Part shown: positions 1-12,246 of the stretch, piece by piece
How positions within the stretch are numbered: position 1 is the stretch's first letter
How the letters are laid out: each line of letters begins with the position of its first letter
Assembly (NCBI GenBank): GCA_030704615.1
Contig: CM060732.1
Location: forward strand, 33,232,001 to 33,296,000
DNA from: Takakia lepidozioides
Lineage: Eukaryota > Plantae > Bryophyta
Direction of reading: 5' to 3'
Length of the DNA: 64,000 bases
Translations under genes and position numbers: made by a program
Notes under the pieces: model-generated
What the model was told of the DNA's origin: nothing
Databases searched by the model: none
The model's input: only the letters and a program-made list of their open reading frames with translations

Positions 1-1428
1 TCATCGCCCACTCCCCTCCAACTTGACTGTCGAAATCGTTCGACCTCAATATGTTACCATCCTTGGAGAACTCGCGGAAGAAACAGTACCGCCAAGTGAG
101 ACATTTCCACTTTCTAATGTACGCCTCCAAGGACATCTGTGGTGGTGAGACCATTGAAATATTCAAGTCCTTCAAATTCTGCTCCAGGACAAGAATGGCG
201 CGTTTCTCCAACTGCAATGGGAACATCTATCAGAACTGCCCACGACAAAGCTAAAGGATAATTCATATACAATATGCACAATCCACAAATACCTGACTCC
301 AAAATGTGGCCTTGTGAAGCCACTGATCGAAGACAATGTCATTTATTCCCTCGACCTTTGTTCCAGGCTGGATTGTGCTTTTTGGGAACTGATTCAGATC
401 CTTCACCGTCTGATCCGAGTTCCAAATCTCAAGCCATCTAACTTTTGTCTGGGGGTCGACCATGGAGAGAGCCAGCCTGTGCAATTTCTCCTGTAATATC
501 TCTGGATGTACATGCTTGTCATAGTGGGCTTTGATCTGGAGAAAGAACTCCTCCCCAAGTCCGGGATCCACAATTCTCAACTGCTTCAGGAAGGCAGACA
601 TCAGCTTCGTCCTCCTTATCTTGTACTCCTTCTTTATGGCTGCTCCAACACCTTTAGTAGTCCTTAGCTCTTCTGCTGTAGTGCGGTAGTGCGGTAGTAC
701 TCAGATTTCCCCCTCTCGGCGGCCTCTGCCAGTTCTTGCTGCATGTAACACGATTGGATAAGAACACTAATGATTACAAATATGTTTTGAAGAAGATAGG
801 AAGATATGGGTTGGGCCATACCGCATACATATACTCCAGAAATGCATCTCGGGTCAACGAGTACCAGGTCCCTGCAGCTCTTCCTGTTTCGCACTTCTTG
901 ATTACATCCGGTTGTAGCACTGTGCGGAACTCATCAAGCTTCATCAAGCCAATTCTTTGAATACGGAAAAGTGTGTGGACCAAGCTCGTAGTAACATGCG
1001 ATTTCTCTGTCGATCTGCAATTAGAGAACATACATTGTATAGGTTAGAAATATTCAACGATTCGACATTAGATGCGCAAAACTTGCAATTTTAAAGGCAA
1101 TGGGTTATTAGGATGTCCTACTTGTTCCTCATGCCATAGCAGTCAGAAGCCTTGCGATGTCATTCCCAGGATCCAGAACCATTGCCTCCACAGCACAATG
1201 CTTGTCCTTGTCTTTTGAATGGTGTTTCGCAATGTACCCCATCCAAGCAAGAAGGCGATGGTTCCCGTCCCAAACATAGAACATGTGGTTGCAGAACTGC
1301 TGAGTGTTATGTCCAAGGAGCAGGGAGTCCTCGAACTCGTCATTCACATCCTTCCAGCAATCATCCCAGTTGTCCGTTATCTCTGGGCTCACTTTTGTGC
1401 TGTTACCATTTTCTCTTGGGACCCTCAT
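1..1428 (-). pseudogene. Second copy (N-terminal/ParB-like half) of the MULE cargo ParB-methyltransferase gene; disrupted, runs off the left edge
   Basis: ORFs 1129-1428, 774-1031, 664-894, 263-601 and 1-215 on - match the exons at ~10770-12150 on +, e.g. FCNHMFYVWDGNHRLLAWMGYI (DGNHR at 1255-1269) and STEKSHVTTSLVHTLFRIQRIG. Intron positions are the same. Confidence 0.9.
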
Positions 1429-1464
1429 TTTTTCTTCTATACAAATTGGACCTGTCTGTTGCAG

Positions 1465-2022
1465 GTGAGCACTGGACCCTCATTCGTATGCGGTGTTCGA
1501 AAAACCTTTGCCGCTGACATGGTCATCCTTGACATCCCAGACGGCCAGCCTGTCCCCGACGTTCCTCCAAATGGAAAGACTCCGTCCTAGAACAGATTCG
1601 ATGAGAACTACTGGAGTTGGGTATTCGGGTTCTGCAATAATTTCCTTTCAGATGTAGGAACGCTCTTGCTCTTCCAGTCATGTGACAAGGATATTCGTAG
1701 GGGACTGGCATCATACCTGAAGTCGTCTGGGTTCGAAATTCTGAAGACATGGAATTGTGTGAACATCCTCTACCTTCTAAAAGGTGGTTTCCCTGGACAG
1801 CTGATATGGCACCACCCTCCTCCGTTCTATTTTCCATGTCTTCTTGTTATGTCTGCTGGCTTGCTCTACCACCATCTGTGATGATCGGCAACGACTATCA
1901 CAAATACATTCGGTTGTAATTTTTATTTGCAGTCCATGTTTTGTTCCTTCCTGTGCCAGACATCCTCCAATATTTCCATGTCTCACCCCTATCTTCTATC
2001 TTTTCAAGACGAGGATGTTTGA
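1465..2022 (+). pseudogene. Second copy of the methyltransferase exon(s) of the cargo gene, inverted relative to 1-1428; truncated
   Basis: VSTGPSFVCGVRKTFAADMVILDIPDG...YWSWVFGFCNNFLSDVGTLLLFQSCD matches 13888-14229. Carries a TGG>TAG stop at ~1588. The start of the next exon (TRMFE) is at ~2008, then homology stops. Confidence 0.85.
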
Positions 2023-2023
2023 G

Positions 2024-2335
2024 CCTCAATAAGGACTCGCATTCCACATCCATTATTTTGGAGTTGGACTCACACTCCACATGATTAAGCACATGGACTG
2101 ACCCTCCACAGGACTCTCATTCCAAACTGGAAATCAGTGGAAATCATTAAGGACTCATACTCCCAGTAATTAGTCAACAAGTGGACTCACACTCCCCATG
2201 ACTAAACACATCGACTCATACTCCACATGAGTCAGCACTTGGACTCACACACCCTCACATGACTGAAGACTCAGAATTCTAGTTAAGAATGGACACTCCT
2301 CAATAAGGACTCCCCAGTAAGGATTCACTCCACTA
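2024..2335. repeat. Degenerate short-motif array GGACTCA(C/T)ACTCC
   Basis: About 10 imperfect copies, e.g. ggactcacactccac, ggactcatactccc, gactcatactccac. CCTCAATAAGGACTC occurs twice. Confidence 0.75.
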
Positions 2336-2698
2336 AAAGGACAACATAATACATTTGCAGCCCACATTCAGACTCATAGTCATTGAAGGGGTTGAAGGTC
2401 CAATCTTGGGACTACAGTCCTGAGGATTGGACATGAAGGGGTACAGCCTTGGACCACACAAGTTTTCTGAAGAAGAAAACATGGAAATGTTGCAATCAAT
2501 CTTACCTGGAACTTGGGTGTTCTAACCTTGGCTTCGTGAAGTTGCTTTGTCATCCACCTTTGGCGCAACTCACCACTCTCAGCTTTTCCGCAAGTGCCTG
2601 CACCTCTGGTCAAGATCCTAAATCCTAAACCCAAACTAGAACACAATCAGGATGCATGATCTCTGAACAGCTGAAGTTCCCTACACTGTTTGACGTCT

Positions 2699-3960
2699 TT
2701 ATATGGATGCCATACAAGCGAGATGGTAAGTGTGCTTACAAGATGCCACCACCATGTCCCAACAGTGGAAACCTTTGTGGCAAACAGGGCAAGGAGAGAC
2801 CTTCAGGAAATCCTTGATGGACGTACTATCTTTGATCACTTGAGGATGACATATAGGCATAGGATAGATGGCGAGTCCTTTGTCCCCATTTGTCATGGCC
2901 TCAATCTGATCTTGGATAAGACTCCTCTCTGTTGTCAGCAACATCGACCACATTCTCCGGCCTACTAATGTCCTTGTCTTCCTGGTCCCCTGCATCACAC
3001 ACAAGCATTGAACTCTTTTCGGTCTTCCAGCATTGAGCCAAAATTCTGCTTCAATTGATTTCTTCTGGTCAAGTTCCTTTGCATCTCAGACTGTCTTCCC
3101 TTTCCACAATTCAATAACCCAACACTCTCTTCCCCTTTTTGCATTAAGGTCTCTTCCCCGGCTCGGATTGTGGCACCCTTGTGGGAGAGTTTGGCCTTAG
3201 GTCTGCAATCTTTGTTCCGGAACTCTGCAAGACACCATTGTCTGTCTTCCATTTGCACCCGAACAGTCCGCGTCTTCTCCATCAAGTCCAACTTCCTTTC
3301 TTTAACCTCTCCAACTCTTCCTTGCTCCACACATCTCCTCATACTTCAAATCATGTAGTTCCTGAAGACTCGCTAGGGCAGTTGCAATACTCTTGCTCAT
3401 GTTTTTTCCTTCCATCTCTGCAATCACTTGCTCAGGCGTTTGTTTCAGTCCTTCTTTGCCTCTACCTGGGGTTTTGCGTAGCCTGTCTTTCAATTCACAA
3501 ACTCCTAGCTTTGGCTTACTGTCTGTGCTGCCAGGGTCCTTTGCTTCTCGATGCCCTTCATTCTTTCTTTCTTTCTTGTTGCTTAGCTGTCCATGCTGCG
3601 TATGCTGCCCAATTGAGTTTTTGTCCAGTCCTTTTTTCATAGACAATACCCCTTGCCATCAAGTTTGCAATGATACCACCGGTTGGCTTACAATCATACC
3701 CATGAACCTTACTCCACAGGTCCTCGATTTTGGGAATCATACTCTTGTCAGTACAACCCATGTAAAAGTAGCCATTCTTGTTTGCAGGTTGTCCAAACAA
3801 CTTTGCACATTGTTCTTTGGCGATGTCTTTGTCTAAGAGAAGTTGTTTGGGATTCTTGCCTGTCACATTCAGCTTGAGGACATCCCTGAAGTAATCTGCT
3901 GATTTGTGCCCCCCTCTTTCGCCCATAGTATCTTCAGATGCTGCTTTGGAACTCTTCCCA
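2699..3960 (-). pseudogene. Frameshifted gene: unknown domain + coiled coil + RING-type zinc finger; probable CACTA cargo
   Basis: Overlapping - ORFs 3558-3926, 3302-3646, 2995-3342 and 2699-3004. C-terminal CPVCHKGFHCWDMVVASCKHTYHLAC is RING-like. Directly follows the TnpD 3' end on the same strand. Confidence 0.55.
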
Positions 3961-4657
3961 TTCGTAGGTGAATTCTGTCACTACATGTATCACTGTCTTC
4001 ATCACAGACTTGATCTTGTCCAAGGGTTGGCTGAACATCATCACCACGTATACGGGGTGCTCGGAGGTACAAGGAGGCCACCTGCTCTGGAGTAACCGGT
4101 ACCGCTCGGCTGCATGTTGGGCCATCAGTAACCAGAGTCTCCTCTAGTCTTTGTGGGGCTAACAATCCTTCCACTTCCGCCACATCATCATTATCAATTG
4201 ATATGTCGCAGACCACTCTACGTGCTAGGGTGTTCTTCTCCAAGACGACTTTCCACCCCGGCTCCTTCACACAATCAGAAAAAAACACTTGATCAACCTG
4301 GCCAGGAAACACAAAAGGTTGCTCAGAAGGTGGAAGCATACGGTTAAAATTGACAAGTGTGAAGCCAGCATCATCCTGCTTCATTGACATGGGTTGACGA
4401 CCCACGCGACTCGCCCGTATCCACGAACACAAAACACATAGGCTGTGTTTGGCCATAGTCAATTTGCAAAATCTCCCTTATAAGACCCACATATCTTGTA
4501 GGTTTCTCCATGTCATTGCCTGAATTGTTGGTAATGGGCTGGTGCTGGAACAGATGAGACTCCACAATCAAAAGACCCATACTTGTTGTGTTCATGCCGG
4601 GGGATGTAACCCTGTAATGGTTACCATACGTTGTCATACTCTTGAATGACAGGGCAG
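3869..4657 (-). pseudogene. CACTA TnpD transposase, 3' part (DUF4216-like region), separated from the 5' part by the MULE
   Basis: FKSMTTYGNHYRV...YVGLIREILQIDY...DDAGFTLVNF...EQPFVFPGQVDQVFFSD...PGWKVVL is typical of TnpD C-termini. Frameshifted. Confidence 0.85.
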
Positions 4658-4860
4658 CAACGACGCAATGGCGTGAGCGTTGCACGTGAGCGCGCGAGCG
4701 TACGCTCACGCAGGAGTGACGTGGCGTGAGCGTACGCTCACGCCAGCTGACGTGGCGTGAGCCTGCACACATGCTGACGTGGCGTGAGCGTCATGTCGCA
4801 GCTGATGTTGGCGGTAAATGATGACGTGGCACTGTCCGTCAACTGCCACGTCAGCATTAA
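4658..4860. repeat. MULE left TIR/subterminal repeats (GGCGTGAGC, TGACGTGGCGTGAGC)
   Basis: TGACGTGGCGTGAGC at ~4717, 4748 and 4775. Inverted pair tgacgtggca...tgccacgtca at ~4822-4853. Confidence 0.85.
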
Positions 4861-5303
4861 CATGCGCCGCCTATAACCGTGGATGGTCCTATGACCGTGG
4901 AATTAATGCAGGGAATCTTGCCTAAATAGAATCAAGACGAGCGTTGAGGCCTACAATTGCAGCATCCAACATTGTGCATTACAAATGTTTGTTTCACTTT
5001 TACAATTACGAAGACGACAAATATCCTCACAAAGTGTGCGCCATAAAGGCTGCCACGAGAAGACTTCTTCCCTCCTCAAATAACAATGAGAGTTATGATC
5101 ATCTTCAAAAGATGATTGTAGTGCATAGCGACAGCAAGACATGTAGACTTCGAAAGTGCAATGACAAATGTGCACTACCTAAAAGTTGTCACTCAGACCT
5201 CACTCCGTATAGTTGGAGGCCATATCATTGCACAGCCGACGAATTGATGTGAATTACACATTTCAAATCATGGTCATCCACATACCACATTACATAGTTC
5301 ATG

Positions 5304-8300
5304 CTACCCATGTGTTGTATCCCGCTGCAAAAGAGTATCGACCTCGTTGAAACTCATAGTGGCCTGGTGAATGAAGTTGTCACGTTTGGGATCGCAAACC
5401 ATCCTCCTCAAAAATATGAAATACAAATGTTTGCAGGGTATGAATTTACCTCTCTTGCCCAAACTGGTTGATAGCATATTCACAAAATCAGGACATGTGC
5501 AATTGGGGAAATTGGAAACCGTGATGTCGTAGGTCCTGTCATGAACAGCAGATGTGGAAGTGATGATTGTGAATACCCGACCATATCCTGGATCGGGTAC
5601 TTCCGTGGTGCTTCCGACACGAGCTTGGAGCATTCTTGCGGACTCCACTTTGCCAAAGTGTTCAGCGGTTGGAGGGAAACGCCGAACGAGCTTTCCATCT
5701 CGTTTGGTTGGCCACAAGTCAGGATTTGCCGGGGGGACCCGGGAGGACGCAGGAATAGTAGCACATGCATGGAGTTGGGGTTGTCTCGCAAGGGAAAAAC
5801 CTGCCTCCTCCAGCATTTCAATCTCCTGAAAGCTGAGATGTGTTCCCACCTTCACGGGCCAAACGGTTGGAGGAGATGGCTTCATCACTACGGAAGGACG
5901 CACAGTTCCATGCACACATCTGGCACAATCATCTGCGCAGAACCAGAACTTGTGGTTCTTGGCTTCTGGTTGACCGTATGGACGCATCAAGCCCGTGAAA
6001 GTCGGAGCAGGAGTTCGGGCACCACCTCTGGATATAGATGAAGTGCACTTCTCGAAATTAGTTGCCCTGATCGCTGTACATTTCACACGAGACCCGACAC
6101 TTGTGCGTTCTATGTGCCAAACGTGGTCGGGGCATGCGGACTCAAGCACATCAAGGGGGTTGTTTCTCTCCTGCACCATTTCAGTGGCACGGTTTGATGC
6201 TGGAGCTTGCCGTCGTGTTGGAGGTTCCTCCACAATGGAGGTACCGGACACGGAGCTGTCATGCAGGGGAACACGAGGCTTCGAGAAGTTATCACGGTCT
6301 GCCCTGTGGGAATCTGAATCCGAACCAGGTGGAGTGTTCAATTTCCTCTACAGGAGCCGAATCTCTCCTCCCCTTCAAGATGTGGAACTCTAGAAACAAG
6401 TGGCGTTCCCTGGGCATACATGCTCACCGCCCGTGCTATCTTGATTGGATCCCCAGATCTGTTTGCAGCACGCAACATCAACTCCGATTTGTCCGGACCC
6501 TTGCCACCAACCCCACCTCGTAAGAAATCACGGTATCGGGTTTGTTGTTGCAAGGCACGTATCAAATCATCTGTTGTTGCCACATACAAATCCCGACCTC
6601 TTTTCCCAGACTGCTGCAACCATGCATTGTGCACAGTTTCTCTGCCAATTGCAAGATGGCATGTCTGCCATTTCCTCAATGGACATGTTCTGCAAAGAGG
6701 ATAACCACACTTCAGAATAGTGCACAGGAAACAACATAAAGAAAGCAATGAGTCAAAAATATGGAAAGCAAATGTATGAATAAAGCATGAAATAGAAGCC
6801 TCGTACCATTGTCATGGCTGCTCCCCACTGTCTATACCGGAAGTGCCAAAACGCCAGCCAATCTTCCAATGCTCTCATACTCTCAAGTGATGCAGCTCCA
6901 GAAGAGAACCACCAGGCACGAATTGTCTGGAACAAAGTGTCCGCCTCCTTCATTGTTCTAGCATCTTTGTACTCTTTGCACAATTTACGGTGCTGAGTCT
7001 GCATCTCTGGTTTGATGTCCGACTTTGTATGTTTTTCCAGAGATTGTGTCCAATGGAATAGACATGTACGCTCTCTTCCTGGCATAGGCACTTTTGGGTC
7101 GCCCGATCCGAAGACAATACGAATAGCATTGAAATTTGCTTGAGCACTATCCGCCATGAAACCTGCGAAATTTGGAGATGGCAGCCCATGGCAGCCCATG
7201 ACACGTATCAGGGAATTCCACATGAGCTTCTGGGATTCCGTATCCTCGGATTGCATGTCACAAACTGCAATTGTCATAACTCGTTGGTACACTGGATCGT
7301 AGACATGACAAGCCATTGTCGTCCAATCCTTCACTCGTTTCACATGATCAAACATAAGAAAACAGTTCTGCAAGTCCCCAGTCTTCTGCATCCGCTTCAC
7401 GAGGCTAACCCCACTGCCCTCCCCAACAGTCGACATTTTGAAAAGAAAAACTTTGATGGCACCTTGACCTGGGAATACATTGTCCTGGATGTAATCGTAC
7501 TTGCTCAGTCGTTTCAATTCCAAAATATTGTCTATGTAGCCTCTGATCCCAGAGCCCATTCTCAATGCATTGATCTGATGCCGAATGTTAGGTGAACTTA
7601 AAGTGGAGAAATGATCCATGACCAGGTCCAATGCTGCACCCCGTCAAGTTTAGTCCCCACAGAATCTCCTTCACTCAAAATATGGCTTTCCAAGAAGGAC
7701 TTGCTTGCGCCAAGAGCAATTGCAGATGTTGTTGCGGATGGGTTTCTCCCGAACTCCTGTTTGATCAACCTCGATACTGTCTCAACACTCTCCCTGTAAT
7801 CCCCCTTCGAGACAGGATGGTTATGGAATCCAAAATGCACACAAGCTCTCGTCATTGTATTCAAACGGTGGACAACATAGTACATTCTTGCTCCGCAGAG
7901 CGCCAAGCAGGATGGCACAAGTTTGCAGAATTTGCAGACGAAAGTGTTTGCCGGTGGAGGGGCAGTCCCAGGCTGAAATGGATTCTCCGCCAGACCCTCC
8001 CATTCGCTTTGATTATGAACTCCAGACTGAAGAAAGTGTCTGCAATTCAAATTATCACACCTAAGGTGTCCATTGCAAACTGTCCTCCTGAAAACAAGCT
8101 TGTCATCATTCTGAATATTGGATGTTTTTGTTCTGCACCACGGGTGCCCGTCGTGTTTCTTGTCCATTCCATGCATCATGATTGTTACACCTCCAACTCG
8201 CGGAGGAGGAGGCAGCTCGAATAGGATATCGCCATCAAAAGTCTCCGGCAAGAACTTCACAGGCACCTGCTTCAAAGATTCCCAATCAATTCCCCGCAAC

Positions 8301-8821
8301 TCGCTTTTGAATCCAGCCATTCCTCCCATCGCCCGCAATTTTGGAATGACACTACAAATCTCTTCTTCATCAGCTTCTGCAACCACAGTAGGAAGGACTG
8401 GATTTGGAATTTCACTTATGTCATCATCGGAAGAATCCGAAAGCTCAACGATTGGAGTGGAGGAAGTCTGTTCTTTTTTCACCACCACCTCCCTCTTGTC
8501 TTCAACGACCGAAGCAGCAGTCCCGGGCGTCACATATGACCCAAGGGACTTTCGCCGAGGCTCTCCAAGTACTCTGTATCGACCAGGACGCACTCTCCAC
8601 TGGCTGATATGAGCCGTCTCATCACGGTTTTGGAAAGAATATTTCACCAACTTCCCTTTCAGATCGTAAACCCTCTTTCTCCAAAAGATGGAGCCATTCT
8701 GCAGCTGAAAACGGGTAGCCAAGACATGTTCCAGAACAATTGCAAATCCATTGTCAAGGACTTCCTGGGAGAACGGCACTGGTTTGTCGTCTGAGAAGAA
8801 CTCCGCTTCAGAGGAAGCCAT
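5304..8821 (-). pseudogene. MULE transposase (GCM/WRKY-like Zn finger + DDE core + SWIM), frameshifted
   Basis: Cys/His-rich N-terminus ending CVHFGFHNHP. Core motifs MFDHVKR (D), FMADSAQA (D), CLFH (CxxH) and ETVHNAW (E). SWIM-like CTCPDF...PCKH. One GT-AG intron at ~6806-6690. Frame shifts near 7620, 6645 and 6345. Confidence 0.88.
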
Positions 8822-10060
8822 CTTCCTTCCTCGAGTATGTTTGTACCTTGCTATCGCAGATCTAGTGTAAATCGGTTTACTGCTGTCTCCAGAACACAGT
8901 TGAAGAATGAGCAGAGCATATGGCGGAGGAAGCTCAGATAACGACTGTGCATATTCTGTTATTCATTCCAGATATGCAGCCGTCCATTTTAATTACTTTT
9001 CTTGTGGGCCCAGTGGTCAGAGAATCCATAGGGGCAGTGTCGGCAACTGTTAAACCGTTAATCAGAACCTCATCAATAAACCCAATAACAAAGCCGACTT
9101 CCTGGAAGCATGCCACAGGATCCGAGAATGGGATTGCAGATTAAGTAAATGTATCTATATACTACTACTACCATGATCATGCGCACCTGGAAAGTTCCAA
9201 ATGTGCAACGAATGTGGGGTGATGGATAACAAGGATGACCGTGTATGATATTCCAAAATTTGTCATCAAACTCTCGTTCATTTATATTTATTTGTTTAAG
9301 ACTGCGCATCAATTTCTGGGATTCGCTGTTCTTTTTAAATATTGAACCAGTTATAATTTAGAACACGCCGTTTTGTTTTGGGCGGCACACGTCAGACATC
9401 CATAACTGAATACGAACAGCTGTACACCAATTGCTGGCATGTGCACTAATATCGAAACGACTATGTGTAACGGTCACGCGGGAGGGAATCCGATGCTTCT
9501 AGAGACACGCAAGAACACAGGCAATCCCGCAAGAAATCGGGAGTCACTGCGTTTTTCTACTTTTCGCGCTTAGAGGGAGAGTGGTAGTCAAGCTGGAGAG
9601 GGTTCCTTCTAGAATACGAAAGAGAAGAAAGTCTCTTTATTTTACTTCCCTTAGAGAGAGACGCAGAGCAAGAGAGAAAATGACGAGGCGTCGTTTGTGG
9701 AGAACACAGGGCCAAGGCAGCAGGTGAACGCGGAGACTGATTCACAAGAGCAGACGGAGACTGAGGCAGCGGGCTGCGACACACAGCCGGCGATAAGAGT
9801 GCGCCAGCCTGTGGAGGCAGAGATGAATCGCAGGGACACTGAAGAAGGTGGAAGCACGCGGAACGCCGAACCTGAAGAAGGTCAAGAAACCCTTGCGCAG
9901 ACAGAAACTCCAGCAGATGTGAGAGGGAAGAGGAAAGCTGCAGAAGGGGATCAAAGTTCAAAAACCTAAGAAGGTGCCAGTAAGTTTTATCATATAGTCT
10001 ATGTGATTGCCTTTCAAGGAGTCCTTCCTCTTCCATTCTTTAGCAGGAACTACTGAATCG

Positions 10061-10378
10061 CGAGCGTCGTTAACGCCATTCGATTCTGCTCATGAGATTT
10101 ATGTACCTATGTGTTTGAAGAGAGAGTCTGCACTTACTATTCTCCCTAAACTACACTGAATGTCGTTGCCGCCAATCAGTTGCACATATATGTCATTACA
10201 CAACACCGATCCGGCAGGTTGTTATCTTTTGTGATTGTCGTTAACGCCGTTCGCTATCGCTCTCGCTTTGTTTTGAATACGGCAGTCTCGGCTTTGCATG
10301 TGTAGATTGTGCTGAATTCTTTCACACCATTCATGGTGAGTTTCCTTGATACAGAGTGATGGTCGTTACCGCCATTCA
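10061..10378. repeat. Intron-1 array: 4 degenerate copies of the 22-bp palindrome
   Basis: Copies at 10061, 10157, 10232 and 10357, e.g. tgaatgtcgttgccgccaatca and tgatggtcgttaccgccattca. Confidence 0.75.
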
Positions 10379-12246
10379 CTATTTGCAAATGACTTAGTCA
10401 GAACTGAATGGCATCGTGCAGAAAACTGTGAGGTCGAAGCCTACAGGATCAGAGGGGAAAGGATCTGGAGATGGGGACGAGTCCGCAAAAAGCTCAGAGA
10501 ATACAGATGAAGCAGATGAATCCGAAGTGCACTACCTTGACAAGGTGAAAGAACTCATGTCATTCCAGAAGGTAAACTCTCAGGAGGTTATAAGGGACAT
10601 GCTCGTATCTGGAGGGCGTCTGGACATACCTCTGTGCCGGATGATATCAATGCCTGTTGTGCGTCCACCTCTTTCCCATGACATAACAAAATTGGAGAGT
10701 GATTTTGTGCATGGATATAGACTTGGTGCACAAGTTTTTTATGTGTCACTGACGGATATAAATGGGAAAAGCACATTAGTTTCTCCAGAGATCAGTGAAA
10801 CTGGGATGAGTGCTGGAAAGATGCCAATGAGGAGTTCGAGCTGGGCCTCATGATGGGAAAGAACACCCAGCAATTTTGCAACCACATGTTCTACGTCTGG
10901 GACGGCAACCACCGATTGCTGGCATGGATGGGATACATTCAGAAACACCATTCGAAAGACAAAGACAAGCATGTTGCTGTGGAGGCAATGGTTTTGGATC
11001 CAGGAAACGACATCGCTAGGCTTCTTACAGCTATGCACGACGTGAACAAGTAAGTCATCCAGGAGATTTGATTCCCTCTGTAGTGTCTTGTTGATCCTCA
11101 AAAAACAGTGTTAAGGAATGCAATGTTTTCAATGTTTTTGCAGATCGACAGAGAAATCGCATGTGACAACAAGCTTGGTTCACACACTATTCCGAATTCA
11201 GAGGATTGGTCTGATGAAGCTGGATGATTTTCGGACAGTACTACCACCCAATATCATCAAGAAGTGCGAAACAGGAAGAGCTGCAGGCACTTGGTATTCT
11301 TTGACACGAGAGGCGTTTCTGGAGTACATGTATGCGGTAAGCCCGAGTCTGTAATCTGTTTACTTTTCGAATACATGTTTAGAGTCCCTTCGGAGCTAAT
11401 CACTACTTGAATGAATGCAGCAAGAACTGGCAGAGGCAGCTGAGAAGGGAAAATCCGAATATTACCGCACTACACCAGAGGAACTAAGGACATCAAAGGG
11501 TGTGGAAGCTGCAATAAAGAAGGAGTTTGAGATGCGAAGAACCAATTGATGTCAGCCTTCGGAAAGCAGCTTAGAATAGTAGATCCTGGACTGGTCCTGA
11601 GTTCCTTCAGCAGATCAAAACACACTATGACAAGCATGTGCATCCGGAGATGCAGCAGGAGAAATTGCACGGCTGGCCATATCGATGGTCGACCCACAAA
11701 CAAAAATAAGGTGGCTGGAGATATGGAACTCAGATCAAACAGTAAAGGACTTGAATCAGTTCCCAAAGAGCACCATACAGCCTGGCACAAAGGTGGAAGG
11801 AATCAGTGATTTGGTGTTTGATAACTAGCTCCACAAGGCTACATTTTGGAGTCAGGTGTGTATTCGAACATGCTGTTTCTTATCTTCAAGTATGTGATGT
11901 GTTTCTTTTTTGCAATTCTGACAAATATTCTATTTGCAGCTGGAAAAGCGCGCCGTCATTGTGCTGGATCAGACTTTGAAGGACCTGAACATTGCGATTG
12001 TTTCCCCTCCCCAAATGTCATTGGAGGCATACATAAGGAAGTGGAGAGGTCTCACGTGGAGATACTGTTTTTTCCGGGAGTTCTCCCAAAGATGGTAACA
12101 TTTACGGTCCAACGACTTTGACAGTCAGGTTGGAGGAGAGTGGGCCATGATGCGAGTTGTGTACAGGTGAAATGTCATACTTGAAACTCTACTTTTTTTT
12201 GGGAAAAATTGTGGCTTCATATAGGATTGCAATCTTAGATCCAGAT

